Part shown: piece after piece, positions 18,195 to 30,061 of the stretch
How positions within the stretch are numbered: the stretch's first letter is position 1
How the letters are laid out: each line of letters begins with the position of its first letter
Source of the DNA: an uncultured Leptospirales bacterium
Lineage (GTDB): Bacteria; Spirochaetota; UBA4802; UBA5550
Assembly (NCBI GenBank): GCA_964645775.1
Contig: CAZYBU010000015.1
Span: 4,943-68,942, forward strand
Direction of reading: 5' to 3'
Length of the DNA stretch: 64,000 nucleotides
The notes under the pieces: generated by a model
The model's input: the letters and a program-made list of their open reading frames with translations, nothing else
Databases searched by the model: none
What the model was told of the DNA's origin: nothing
Position numbers and translations under genes: made by a program

Positions 18195-19241
18195 TCAGGC
18201 AGGATGGTCCCTTCTGAACCGGCAGAAGATGGTCGTTCCTCCCGCTTCGTTTTTCAGAATATCAAAAGTGGCCCCGATAATACGGGCCCTGTACTTCATA
18301 CTGCTCAGGCCCAGGCCCTTGATAATCTCGGCGACATCCGGTATACCGATCCCGTTATCGCGAATACTCAGCGTATGGAACTGGCCGTAGGTTTCCAGCA
18401 GGATGCTTATTTCCGTGGCCTGAGAGTGCTCGATCACGTTATTAATGGCCTCCTGCACGATGTAGTAGAGGTGTGTGGCCGTCAGGTTCTCCTTGAGACG
18501 AAAGTTCTCATTGTAGGAAAAGTCGCACAGGATGCCGTATATCTTCTCCGTTTTGCGGACCAGTTCCTCGAGAGCGTAGATCAATCCATCCGGCTGAATA
18601 TCGACAGGCATAAGTCCCTTGCTTATGCTCCGTATCTGTTCCAGGGCCTGGGATATGAGTTCATTGATCTCATCAAGGAGCTCAAGCTGGATGGGCTCCC
18701 CGCTCCTGGCTCTATGCTTAAGGCTCTTGATAAGAAACTGTACACCCACCAGGTGGGGACTGAGCCCGTCATGAAGGTTGTTCCCGATATGATGCCGTTC
18801 CAGCTCGCTTATTCTAAGAATCTGGCTCTCCAGCCATTTCAGGTCAGTGATATCGGTAAAGGAGCCGATACTCCTTCTGGAACCGGGTACCATGTTGATG
18901 GTCATATAGATATTCCTGTTCGTCCCCCACCTGTCCACGAAAACAAACTCGTAATTCCTGGGGGCCCGGTTGGGGTCATCTCTCCTGTTCCGATGGTATT
19001 CAAGCATCATGGGAAGGTCCTTTTCCGAGATGAATGAGGTCCAGCTGATCTTCCCCTCTAACTCCTCCCGGCTGTAACCGGAGAGGCGTTGAAAGTCATA
19101 ATTCGCGTAAGAGATGACCGTATCCTCCTCGATTATGATTGTGGCGTTGCCCGTCGACTCGAAGGTCGTTCGAAATACGTTCTCGCACTCCTCCACTTTT
19201 TTCTCAAGATCAAGTATCGCATCTTTCGTTCCCGGTTTCAT
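18195..19241 (-). CDS. Cytoplasmic PAS sensor histidine kinase (HisKA_3/NarX-like)
   Basis: PAS region followed by an H-box HHIGNNLHDGL and a C-terminal ATPase. There is no TM segment. Confidence 0.8.
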   Translation of the reverse strand: MKPGTKDAILDLEKKVEECENVFRTTFESTGNATIIIEEDTVISYANYDFQRLSGYSREELEGKISWTSFISEKDLPMMLEYHRNRRDDPNRAPRNYEFVFVDRWGTNRNIYMTINMVPGSRRSIGSFTDITDLKWLESQILRISELERHHIGNNLHDGLSPHLVGVQFLIKSLKHRARSGEPIQLELLDEINELISQALEQIRSISKGLMPVDIQPDGLIYALEELVRKTEKIYGILCDFSYNENFRLKENLTATHLYYIVQEAINNVIEHSQATEISILLETYGQFHTLSIRDNGIGIPDVAEIIKGLGLSSMKYRARIIGATFDILKNEAGGTTIFCRFRRDHPA

Positions 19242-20826
19242 GTTCGTGACCTCCAGAAAGACAAAAGAGAAAGCGCGGAAAAAACAAGTGTTATGATAAA
19301 ACCGGCGGGAAAGACAAAATCACCCAATCGCGTATAAAGGGTGTTACGGTTCAGGGAAAAGTCGACCTCACCCACCATTCCGCCCCGGGTAAGGATCGGC
19401 ATGGAATGGGTCACCCTCCCCAGGGGATCGATAACGACCGTGTACCCGGTATTGCCCACCCGCACAAAAGAGATGCCGTTCTCCACGGCCCGAAAGACCG
19501 CTGAGGAAAAATGCTGCATGTGTCCGCTGAAGGTGTCGGTCCACCCGTCATTCGTTATGTTTACAAAAAACTCCGCCCCCATGCGACGGTATTCCCTCGT
19601 AAGACGGAAGAATATACCCTCGTAACAGATAAGGTTCCCGAATGAATGTCCTTTTACCTGAAACAGTTCGGTCCTCTCCCCCGGAAAGAAGCTGGAAGCC
19701 CCGAAGCTGTCCAGAATGTCCTGGACGAAGGGGAGCCATCTCTTGTAGGGAAACCACTCTCCGAAGGGAACCAGGTGAATCTTGGCGTAGGTCTTTCCCA
19801 CGCGGCCGTCCCCGTCGATGAGGACCGCGTTGTTCAGGGGGAGGTATCCGGAGGGTCCCTCGCCTTCCGGTTTACGCACTCCGATCTCCCCGGTAAGAAG
19901 GGGTATGTCGATGGAATCAGCGTAATCCACAACCTTTTTTTCAAAGCGGGTTAAGCGACCCCGCCGGGCGTGATAGGAGATTGTCTCGAGGGTGGCCGAT
20001 TCCGACCAGATGATCATGTCCGGGTTCTTATCCAGAATGGAGTCCGAGTATTCTATCAGTTCTTTGAGATAACGCTCCCTGTTACGGCTCCAGCTTATCC
20101 AGGGATCGATGCAGGATTGCACAAGGCCCACCCTGAGGGTATCCTTACCGGACGGCTGTGCCGATGCCAGTCGCGCTGATCCGAAAATCAGGGCAGCGAG
20201 AGGCAAAATCAGAACAACAGTTGAAGGACGGAGACGAAACCTCATACCGGATACGTGTGACTCCAGCAGGTCGGCCAGTGCCACATTCACGGCCACGATC
20301 AGGGCCGTGATACCGGAAACACCCGTTATCGACGCCATTTGAATCATGGGGGCAAAAGGATACTGGGTGTAACCGAGATAGGGCCAGGGAAAGGCCAGGT
20401 GCCCGATGGACTGGATAAAATCGATGGAGACCCATACGGCGGGATAGATCAGCGCCCGGAAGGCGGGAAATCGCCGTGAAAGGAGCTCTCCCAGAAAAAC
20501 TTTCATGGCGAAAAAGAAAGTCAGGGTCGGGATAAGAAAAAGGAGTACGATAAACCCTCCACCCGCCATGCTGGCCCCGAAGTGACGTATCCAGCTATAG
20601 ACCAGGAGGTTCCCGAAAAATCCCGCGAAATAGCTTATATAGTAAACCTCGGAAAGGGATTTCTTTCTCAGGGCCATGAAGAGGGGGACCAGGGCAAACC
20701 ACGCGAAAAGGGGAAAGGCTTGAAAAAGTACGAACTCGAAACTGGGAAAAGCCAGGAAAAGCAGAAGAGACGTCAGAAGGTAATAGCGTTCCCTGAAGAA
20801 GCCGATTATCGTATGAACAAAACCCA

Positions 20827-20827
<1 letters not shown>
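19238..20827 (-). CDS. lnt: Apolipoprotein N-acyltransferase
   Basis: Multi-TM N-terminus plus a CN-hydrolase domain, 529 aa. Confidence 0.85.
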
Positions 20828-22833
<2,006 letters not shown>

Positions 22834-22839
22834 TTATCC

Positions 22840-23820
22840 TTACAACCAGTTTCCGATTTTGCTTTTCAGCTCGCTCCGTTTCGCGTCCGCGGCAAGAAAT
22901 CCCTCCGTCAGAATCTGGGATGCGCGGTTGAATTCCATAACACCATACTGCAAAACGTCCGGCTCTATAAGGACCGTGGGACGGGTATATTGCAGGACAA
23001 GACGGGTATTCACGTATCCCATAATATCGATACTTCTGGATATGACCTCAAAGATATTGGGGTATCCGCTCCCCCGATCCATACGAAGCCAGTGATTCAC
23101 GGTCCTGAGCCAGGAACCACCTTTCGACGATTCCTCTTCCATCCTGAAACTGCTCTCCTCCTCAAGTATCTGGAGGTCCCTCGGTTCCAGGACCATATCC
23201 GTCCCCTCATCGAAGGAGCGATAATACTCCCTTATATCCCTGTCCACCCGGCCATTCAGGTTTACCGCCACGGTCACGGAAGCTCCCATCCTTTTAGCCA
23301 CATTGACCGGAAGAGGATTGGAAACACCGCCATCGATGAGAAAGGTATTCCTGTATTTAACAGGAATAAAGATCCCCGGCAGGGAGATACTGGCCCGCAC
23401 CGCCTCAAGGACATTTCCTTTTGTGAAAACCACCGTACCTGCATTATAATAATCCGTGGCAACGATGGCAAAGGGAAGAGGGAGATCTTCCAGATTCAAA
23501 TCATCGGGAATATAATTCATCATGAATTTCATGACTTCCCTCCCCTCGATGAGTCCCGACCGTGGAAAAACCGGGTCCATGAGGGATATGAGCCTGCTTC
23601 GATCGAAGTTCAAAAGGTCGGTCTTCAGTCTCTTCAGGTTTCCCGCTGCGTAGACCGCGCCGATTATGGCGCCGATACTCGACCCGACCATTAGATGAAT
23701 GGGGATATTCATGTTCTCAAGGTATTCGATCGTGGAAATATGGGCCAGTCCTTTGGCGCCGCCGCTTCCCAGAACCAGACCCATTTTGCGTTTTGTCAGA
23801 TATTTTAAGGGGTTTATCAT
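22840..23820 (-). CDS. Patatin-like phospholipase
   Basis: GSGGAKG oxyanion motif, the GSSIG nucleophile, and a DGG motif. Confidence 0.8.
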   Translation of the reverse strand: MINPLKYLTKRKMGLVLGSGGAKGLAHISTIEYLENMNIPIHLMVGSSIGAIIGAVYAAGNLKRLKTDLLNFDRSRLISLMDPVFPRSGLIEGREVMKFMMNYIPDDLNLEDLPLPFAIVATDYYNAGTVVFTKGNVLEAVRASISLPGIFIPVKYRNTFLIDGGVSNPLPVNVAKRMGASVTVAVNLNGRVDRDIREYYRSFDEGTDMVLEPRDLQILEEESSFRMEEESSKGGSWLRTVNHWLRMDRGSGYPNIFEVISRSIDIMGYVNTRLVLQYTRPTVLIEPDVLQYGVMEFNRASQILTEGFLAADAKRSELKSKIGNWL

Positions 23821-24013
23821 ATCAGCCGCAACTCCAGTTCCTGATTTGAAATCGCCCTGCCGTCTCCCGGTACCACGGAGAGACCCCTCACATCCCGGAA
23901 GGTTTACATACAGAGACCCGGTTGTTGTTCAGAAAAATGAGCGGGTCAACCCTTTTTTATCCCGGCGGCATCGGCCTCTGCAACATCATACCCGTAACTT
24001 TTCATAAAAAATA

Positions 24014-24042
24014 TTGACATACCAGAGAGCTGACCATAGTTT
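24014..24042 (+). promoter_or_regulatory. Candidate sigma70 promoter for the tRNA pair
   Basis: TTGACA, 17-nt spacer, TAGTTT, about 11 nt before the tRNA 5' end. Confidence 0.4.
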
Positions 24043-24053
24043 GGCTGAACGAT

Positions 24054-24126
<73 letters not shown>

Positions 24127-24142
24127 ATAGCAATATCCACAC

Positions 24143-24216
24143 GGCGAGGTAGCTCAGTTGGTCAGAGCACACGGCTCATATCCGTGGAGTCGGGAGTTCG
24201 AGCCTCCCCCTCGCTA
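24143..24216 (+). tRNA. tRNA-Met, elongator (CAT); could instead be tRNA-Ile2
   Basis: GGCGAGG acceptor stem, a TAGCTCAGTTGGTCAGAGC D-arm, an anticodon loop CTCATAT, and a GGGAGTTCGAGCCTCCC T-arm. Confidence 0.7.
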
Positions 24217-24222
24217 ATAGAA

Positions 24223-24246
24223 ACCTGTCCCCGACAGGTTTTTTTA
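24223..24246 (+). terminator. Rho-independent terminator after the tRNAs
   Basis: acctgtc-ccc-gacaggt followed by T7. Confidence 0.6.
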
Positions 24247-24305
24247 TATCTCCGCGGCCCCGCGGTCGATATGTATTATATCAATTATTCAAATCGGGAA
24301 CTTCC

Positions 24306-24617
24306 ATGGATGCGCTCATAGAGATCATTACCTCCACCCATTTCATTGTCCTGGTGGCAGCGGTTGTGGCCGGGCTCCTCATCTATTCCCTGCTCAGGCA
24401 ACTCTTCCGCATGGCCATGATCCTCCTGGCCCTGGCCGCCATCTACACCGCCTATCTCGTCTATACCGGCCAGGAACTGCCCCGCAGTCAGCAGGAAGTC
24501 CTTCACCATGTCCAGGAACAGTCAAAAAAACTCCAGGAGGAGCTGGGGGACCAGGTCATCAGAAAGGGCCCACAACTGATGGAGGAGATAAACAAAAAAA
24601 AGGACCCGGCTCAGTAA
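24306..24617 (+). CDS. Hypothetical small membrane protein (2 TM)
   Basis: ORF with two hydrophobic helices; no recognisable domain. Confidence 0.35.
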   Translation: MDALIEIITSTHFIVLVAAVVAGLLIYSLLRQLFRMAMILLALAAIYTAYLVYTGQELPRSQQEVLHHVQEQSKKLQEELGDQVIRKGPQLMEEINKKKDPAQ

Positions 24618-25018
24618 GAGGGGCGCTCCGACCTGTAGATACGGAAGGCGAGTCTGTCGAAAACTTCATTCTCTTTAACATCAACAAGAAGGATAGCGTA
24701 CTCACCCGGTTCAAGACTGCTGATCTCCCCGTAGAGATGCCTGGTCTCTACATTCATCTCCTCTACCCGCTGGCGCACATCCACCCAGAGAACCTTCCGG
24801 GTCTTCAGGAATATACCGACCTTCTTGTCGCCGGGAGGACGATTGAATCTATATACCCATTTAATGGTTTCATCTGAAGGAAACTCAAGGTCTCCCTTCA
24901 TGCGTCGGTAGGCGTCATCCTTGAATCGCTTGAAGACAAACTCACCCTTCATGCCGCCGCAACCGGCAAAAAGCAGGGTAAGAACAAGTATAGCGAAGGT
25001 CAAGCGGCGGGCCATCAT
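24611..25018 (-). CDS. Hypothetical lipoprotein
   Basis: Signal peptide plus lipobox LLFAGC. Confidence 0.5.
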   Translation of the reverse strand: MMARRLTFAILVLTLLFAGCGGMKGEFVFKRFKDDAYRRMKGDLEFPSDETIKWVYRFNRPPGDKKVGIFLKTRKVLWVDVRQRVEEMNVETRHLYGEISSLEPGEYAILLVDVKENEVFDRLAFRIYRSERPSY

Positions 25019-25227
25019 TCTACCTTGTACTGATCCTCGTCCAGTTCGATAATCTCACCTTTATCATTGCGGCGGTCTCTGCGGATATGGCCCTGCGATT
25101 GTTTTTTTTCTTCCTTCTCTTGCTGGTCCATGGTTTTTCCGATACCGATGATCATCCTGACCAGGCTGAACACCAGTCCAAAGACAAGCAGCATGAAAAG
25201 AAACAGTAACAGTCTTATAATAAACAT
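25015..25227 (-). CDS. Small membrane protein, DUF4834-like
   Basis: N-terminal TM, a charged linker, and a C-terminal GEIIELDEDQYKVE. The stop is coupled to the pdxJ start. Confidence 0.4.
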   Translation of the reverse strand: MFIIRLLLFLFMLLVFGLVFSLVRMIIGIGKTMDQQEKEEKKQSQGHIRRDRRNDKGEIIELDEDQYKVE

Positions 25228-25967
25228 CAGCTCTCCTCTTGTGAGGGTTTACGTCCCAGTACAGTCAACATCTCTTCAACAGCCGGGCCGATACCGGCAA
25301 TGACCGCCCTCGATATAATCGAATGGCCTATACTCATCTCCTCGAGTCCCGGCATATCAAGTAAGGGAAAGAGGTTCTGGTAGTTAAGCCCATGCCCGGC
25401 GTGGACATGCAGACCCAGGGAACGGGCCTGTTCCGCGGCCTCGAAAATCCTGATCCTCTCCTCTTCCCGCTCCTCTCCCCGGGCGTTACAGTAGGTGCCG
25501 GTATGAATTTCGACGATATCTGCCCCGCATTCCCGGCTGGCGTCCATGATCTCTTTCTCCGGCTCCACGAAAAGGGAAACTTTCACGGTGTAACCGTGAA
25601 ACTCTTCAATAAATGCACGGATATTGTCCCGGTATTTCAATACGTCGAGCCCCCCCTCGGTGGTAAGCTCCTCCCTCTTCTCCGGAACAAGTGTTATCTG
25701 GTCGGGCAGGATGGATCTTGCCACATCTGTAACGCTTTCGTTCAAAGCCATCTCAAGGTTGTAACTGCCCCGAACCACGTCTCTCAGGGCCACAACGTCC
25801 CGGTCCTGGATATGCCTGCGGTCCTCCCGGAGGTGAACCGTGATTCCGTCTGCGCCGTGGTCCTCGCAGATGGAGGCGCACTCAACCGGGTCAGGCTCCA
25901 GCCCTCCCCGGGCCTGCCTCAGGGTTGCCACGTGATCAACATTGATGCTCAAACGTATAGGTTTCAT
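25227..25967 (-). CDS. pdxJ: Pyridoxine 5'-phosphate synthase
   Basis: INVDHVATLRQARGG and the TIM-barrel PdxJ signature. Confidence 0.9.
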   Translation of the reverse strand: MKPIRLSINVDHVATLRQARGGLEPDPVECASICEDHGADGITVHLREDRRHIQDRDVVALRDVVRGSYNLEMALNESVTDVARSILPDQITLVPEKREELTTEGGLDVLKYRDNIRAFIEEFHGYTVKVSLFVEPEKEIMDASRECGADIVEIHTGTYCNARGEEREEERIRIFEAAEQARSLGLHVHAGHGLNYQNLFPLLDMPGLEEMSIGHSIISRAVIAGIGPAVEEMLTVLGRKPSQEES

Positions 25968-26956
25968 GGTCGCTGCCTGCGTATAACGATAACTACCTTT
26001 TCAGGGACATAGGAGACAATTTCAATATCTTCCCATTCCCTCTCCATGCCGAAACTCACCGTTAGCTCACTCTTTGCAATATCTTTTTTTGATTCACTGA
26101 GAATATCCTCCGGTTTAAGCTGAGAAACGTCAATTCGGGCCACGAAATCCTTCTCCGCAGGGATATCATCTCCACGGGCCTTGAAATATACCTTAACGGT
26201 ACGGGTCTCCGGCTGGTATTCATACTCCTTATCCCTGCCGGTAATCTCCAGGGGTATATCCAGATTATAAAGGTCCCCGTAATTTATGATCGGTATGGTA
26301 ACACTGACTTTTTTTTGGTTCACATCAAGGTTCTCCATGCCTTCCAGGTTCAGGTTAACCTCGCTTACGATTTTATCCTGGCCTTCGTCTATGGAGATAT
26401 CCTCGGTATGGACGAAACTGACCCTGGAGACATGGGATTCGGGGCCGCTGATGGTCACTTTCTCAGGTACCACATCTATTTTACCTATAACACTCCCCTT
26501 GCCGATATTACCGCTTAACTTTGGCACGACCTTCACGTTTTTTCTGGCCAGATTCTCCGCAAGGAGCAGGACACTCCTGTTATTCAGGGAGACTGTCACA
26601 CCTTCCGGTATTTCGTTCTCGTTCAATCGGACCTCGTAGCCGGTCTTCTCCCCCACTTCCGGGCTTGAAAGATCGACGTAAACCCTGAGGTTCTTTACGT
26701 TCAGGTTTTTTATGATCTCGTTCTTTCCTTCTATGGTAGCAAGAACGTTCCTGTGAGACATCTCAGAAACCACGACCCCCCGGGGAAGATTAAGAATTTC
26801 AATGGGAATCCTGTACCTGAGCTGTCCCGTCTTGGAACCGGAAATGTAGGCCCAGAGAATGACGGCAAGGATCAGGCTCGCAATCTTGGCCACGTGGTCC
26901 CGGTTGGTGAAGACAAAGACCATGATATTCTTGATATATTTCAGGAAACGTTTCAT
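25964..26956 (-). CDS. cdaR: YbbR-domain protein (CdaR-like regulator of diadenylate cyclase)
   Basis: N-terminal TM followed by repeated YbbR-like beta modules, placed immediately downstream of cdaA. Confidence 0.7.
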   Translation of the reverse strand: MKRFLKYIKNIMVFVFTNRDHVAKIASLILAVILWAYISGSKTGQLRYRIPIEILNLPRGVVVSEMSHRNVLATIEGKNEIIKNLNVKNLRVYVDLSSPEVGEKTGYEVRLNENEIPEGVTVSLNNRSVLLLAENLARKNVKVVPKLSGNIGKGSVIGKIDVVPEKVTISGPESHVSRVSFVHTEDISIDEGQDKIVSEVNLNLEGMENLDVNQKKVSVTIPIINYGDLYNLDIPLEITGRDKEYEYQPETRTVKVYFKARGDDIPAEKDFVARIDVSQLKPEDILSESKKDIAKSELTVSFGMEREWEDIEIVSYVPEKVVIVIRRQRP

Positions 26957-27762
26957 TTGATTCGATAGGTCTCCTCACCGGCCGTTTTCGGGTTAAGAAA
27001 GAAGAGAATCATATTTTTAAGATCGCTGACTTTCACCCTCGAATGCATTCTGCCGTTTACCATAATCGATATGGCTCCGCTCTCTTCAGATGTTACAACA
27101 ACCAGTGCATCTGTCTCTTCGGCGATGCCCAGGGCCGCCCTGTGCCTCGCCCCATGGTGTTTCTTGAGCTGACGGGAATCGGAAAGGGGCAGGTAACAGG
27201 CGGCCGCGGCCACCTTCCCGCTCTGCACAATAATAGCGCCGTCATGGAGAGGTGTCATGGGATAGAAAATGGTGCGGACAAGCTCTTCAGTCAGGGCCGC
27301 GTTCACGTTTACGCCCGATTCCACGAAGCTCCTGAGACCCGTGTTCCGTTCAATAACAATGAGGGAGCCGATACGCTCATCGGCCATGGAGATGATACCG
27401 TTCACCATCTCGTCCAGGGGAAAGGCTTCGGTCTCCGATTCGTTGACAAGCCAGTTCCTCTGCCCGAACTGCGTAATGAGGCGCCTGAGTTCAGGCTGAA
27501 AAAGGATAATAACAGCGATAACAATCGATTCCGTGAAGTTCTTGATGATCCAGTCTATGGTATCCAACCGCAGAATGTTCGAGAGGATGGCCACAATGAA
27601 TATGATCAGAACCCCTTTAAGGAGCTGAACAGCCCGTGTGTTGCTCAGGAAGGTATAGAGCCAGTAGAAGAGAGTGGCCACAATGAGGATATCAATGACG
27701 TTCCGGAAGTAATCCCAGAAGGTGCGAATGATCATCAGAACATTGTTTAAAAAAGCATCCAT
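26953..27762 (-). CDS. cdaA: Diadenylate cyclase CdaA (DisA_N, membrane-anchored)
   Basis: Three TM helices, the DGA motif (LHDGAIIV), and the RHRAA motif. Confidence 0.9.
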   Translation of the reverse strand: MDAFLNNVLMIIRTFWDYFRNVIDILIVATLFYWLYTFLSNTRAVQLLKGVLIIFIVAILSNILRLDTIDWIIKNFTESIVIAVIILFQPELRRLITQFGQRNWLVNESETEAFPLDEMVNGIISMADERIGSLIVIERNTGLRSFVESGVNVNAALTEELVRTIFYPMTPLHDGAIIVQSGKVAAAACYLPLSDSRQLKKHHGARHRAALGIAEETDALVVVTSEESGAISIMVNGRMHSRVKVSDLKNMILFFLNPKTAGEETYRIK

Positions 27763-27766
27763 ATAT

Positions 27767-28570
27767 CTATGACGCTCGCCTCATCATCTCCAGAGTATCC
27801 AGTGCCAGTCTGTGAGGTCTCACATCATGGACCCGGATTATTGCGGCTCCCTTATCCACGGCCAGCATGTTCAGGGCCAGGGTGCCGGGCAGCCGGTCCT
27901 CATTAGTATCATAGAGTCTCCCTATGAGCGACTTACGGGAGAGACCTACACAAAGCGGGTATCCTTCACCCGCAAGTTCGTCCAGGTGGGCCAGGAGGCG
28001 ATAGTTATCCTCCAGGCTCTTTCCGAAACCGATCCCCGGGTCGAGAATGATCTTCTTATCTTTCACACCGGCCCGGCGGACCCTTTCGACCGCTTCAAGG
28101 AGGGAGACCCTGACCTCATTAATAACATCGTCATATTCTGGATTATTCTGCATTGTCCGCGGTTCACCCTTCATGTGCATGAGAATTATTTCAGCCCCGC
28201 TCTCCGCCATGACCGCCGCCATATCGGGGTCGTGTGAGGCGGCGGAAACGTCGTTGATTATACGGACCCCCATGCGAACCGCCTCAGCGGCGAGAGCGGC
28301 TCGTCTTGTGTCTATGGATACCCGGGCGGAGAGCCTGGACAGGATCGCATCAAGGAGAGGCAAGACCCTTTCCCTCTCCTCTTCCGGGGAGCAGGGCTCC
28401 GATCCCGGACGGGTCGATTCTCCTCCCAGATCGATGATATCGGCCCCCTCCTCTTCCATGGCGAGAGCCCGGTCCAGCCCACTTTTCACGGTAGTATACC
28501 GTCCACCGTCATAGAATGAATCAGGGGTAACGTTGAGGATTCCCATAATCTGCACAGGACGCTTTTCCAT
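27767..28570 (-). CDS. folP: Dihydropteroate synthase
   Basis: IMGILNVTPDSFYDGG and a pterin-binding TIM barrel. Confidence 0.9.
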   Translation of the reverse strand: MEKRPVQIMGILNVTPDSFYDGGRYTTVKSGLDRALAMEEEGADIIDLGGESTRPGSEPCSPEEERERVLPLLDAILSRLSARVSIDTRRAALAAEAVRMGVRIINDVSAASHDPDMAAVMAESGAEIILMHMKGEPRTMQNNPEYDDVINEVRVSLLEAVERVRRAGVKDKKIILDPGIGFGKSLEDNYRLLAHLDELAGEGYPLCVGLSRKSLIGRLYDTNEDRLPGTLALNMLAVDKGAAIIRVHDVRPHRLALDTLEMMRRAS

Positions 28571-28577
28571 GGCTCCC

Positions 28578-29597
28578 CTAAAACAGCATCTTCATGGAAA
28601 TGAGATGATTATACCCGTAATTGATCCGGTCAATGGCAAAGGCGTAGGAGAGGTTGTACCCTCCGAAAGCCAGGGTCAGCCCCGTGGTCAGGTTGTTGTC
28701 ATTCATGCCGAGGTGAAGAGAGACGGTCTCATGGGGTGAGTAACTCAGGGAGATACCGTAACTTATCTTTTCAATATCGACCTTCTTTATTATGCTCCCG
28801 GCTATGGTGAAACCGGCATCGGACTGCAGGGCCACGCTCGCCCGGATAACCGGATAGGTGACATCATAGGTTTTGTCCACTCCCGCGTAGTCGTCCAGGG
28901 GAAAGAGACCGGTACCGAGGTCCTGGGCCACCAGGGCAACGGAGAGGAAAGGAAGCAGCTGGACCCGGGCCCCGATATCTGCTCCGAAGCCCATGTAGCG
29001 GTATCCGCCGATGTCCTCGTAGAGAATCTTCAGGGTGGCCCCCATGGAGACGATCCCGAAGGACCAACCGTAGGAGACATGGGTAACGGCGGCCACGTAG
29101 TTGGCCTCTCCCGTGGGATTGTTTCCCGCGTCGTAGGTAGGTATCCCCAGAGAGAAGACGGAATAGGCCCCGATCCCCATGACCCCGGGTCCCAGTTTGA
29201 AGGCAACGCCGGTAAAGGCGGCGTATCTCTCCAGGTCGAAGAAGCCGCCGGAGACGCCCACCTCCGCGACTTTTCCCTTGCGGGCGTCATCCGAGAAGGA
29301 GAGAAGATCATTTTCCGAGATTTTGTCGATCTTACCCTCTTTGGCTTTCTTCTGTACCTCTTCCGGGGTCAGGTTCTTACGGTCCAGGACGCCCACCAGG
29401 CCGGCCGGGTTCCAGTAGATGGCGTAGACATCGTTGGTCAGGGCCTCGGCCGCTCCCGCCAGGGCCACGTAGCGGGCCCCGATCCAGTTCATGCGGGTAA
29501 AGGCGGCCCGGCTGCCGCCCCCCTGGCCGGCATGGAGAAGGGAGAGAGAAGGGCCGGCCAGGAGTATCAATGTCAGTATGAGAATCCATTTTTTCAT
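28578..29597 (-). CDS. Outer-membrane beta-barrel protein, PorV-like
   Basis: Signal peptide, then GARYVALAGAAEALTNDVYAIYWNPAGL resembling the PorV N-terminal motif, and a beta-strand-rich remainder. Confidence 0.45.
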   Translation of the reverse strand: MKKWILILTLILLAGPSLSLLHAGQGGGSRAAFTRMNWIGARYVALAGAAEALTNDVYAIYWNPAGLVGVLDRKNLTPEEVQKKAKEGKIDKISENDLLSFSDDARKGKVAEVGVSGGFFDLERYAAFTGVAFKLGPGVMGIGAYSVFSLGIPTYDAGNNPTGEANYVAAVTHVSYGWSFGIVSMGATLKILYEDIGGYRYMGFGADIGARVQLLPFLSVALVAQDLGTGLFPLDDYAGVDKTYDVTYPVIRASVALQSDAGFTIAGSIIKKVDIEKISYGISLSYSPHETVSLHLGMNDNNLTTGLTLAFGGYNLSYAFAIDRINYGYNHLISMKMLF

Positions 29598-30004
29598 CAG
29601 TAACGCACCAGGATCCTCAGGATTTTTCTGCCGTAATCAGAACCGTCATCTTTTTTTAATGTTACTTTGATATAATAGAGACCAGGTTTAAGTTTATTTC
29701 CTATACGGTTTCTGCCACTCCAGATTAAAACAATTGAATCTAAATCACCTGATCGAGAACTACTATATATTTCATCTCCATTAATATCATAAACAACGAT
29801 AGATATTGTTCCATTTTCAATCGCACTAAACAAATCTCTTGCATCAACAGATATGCTTGAATGAAGATTGGGGTTAAAGGGCACAGGATAGGCCTTAACT
29901 CCGTCCATATCATAAGCGAAAAGTGGGACCGCAAGTATCACGAGAAAAAGGGCTGAAAGTAGTATCCTGGAAGGTTTCATTACACTCACTCTCAATATGT
30001 TCAT
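29597..30004 (-). CDS. Small secreted protein consisting of a FlgD-Ig / T9SS-CTD-like beta domain
   Basis: Signal peptide, AYPVPFNPN, and VYDINGDEI...WSGRNRIGNKLKPGLYYIKV. The gene is about 38% GC against the 55-58% window background. Confidence 0.45.
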   Translation of the reverse strand: MNILRVSVMKPSRILLSALFLVILAVPLFAYDMDGVKAYPVPFNPNLHSSISVDARDLFSAIENGTISIVVYDINGDEIYSSSRSGDLDSIVLIWSGRNRIGNKLKPGLYYIKVTLKKDDGSDYGRKILRILVRY

Positions 30005-30061
30005 CTATCTTCTTGTAATCTTTGACCAGGTTCGGTCAACTACTATTTACTGACCGTTTTT

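Noticed and set aside
29597-30004. The FlgD-Ig-type small protein considered as a misplaced flgD flagellar hook-cap gene.
   Set aside because: It is only 135 aa with a signal peptide and no FlgD N-terminal domain. It is a stand-alone Ig/CTD-like domain, not FlgD.
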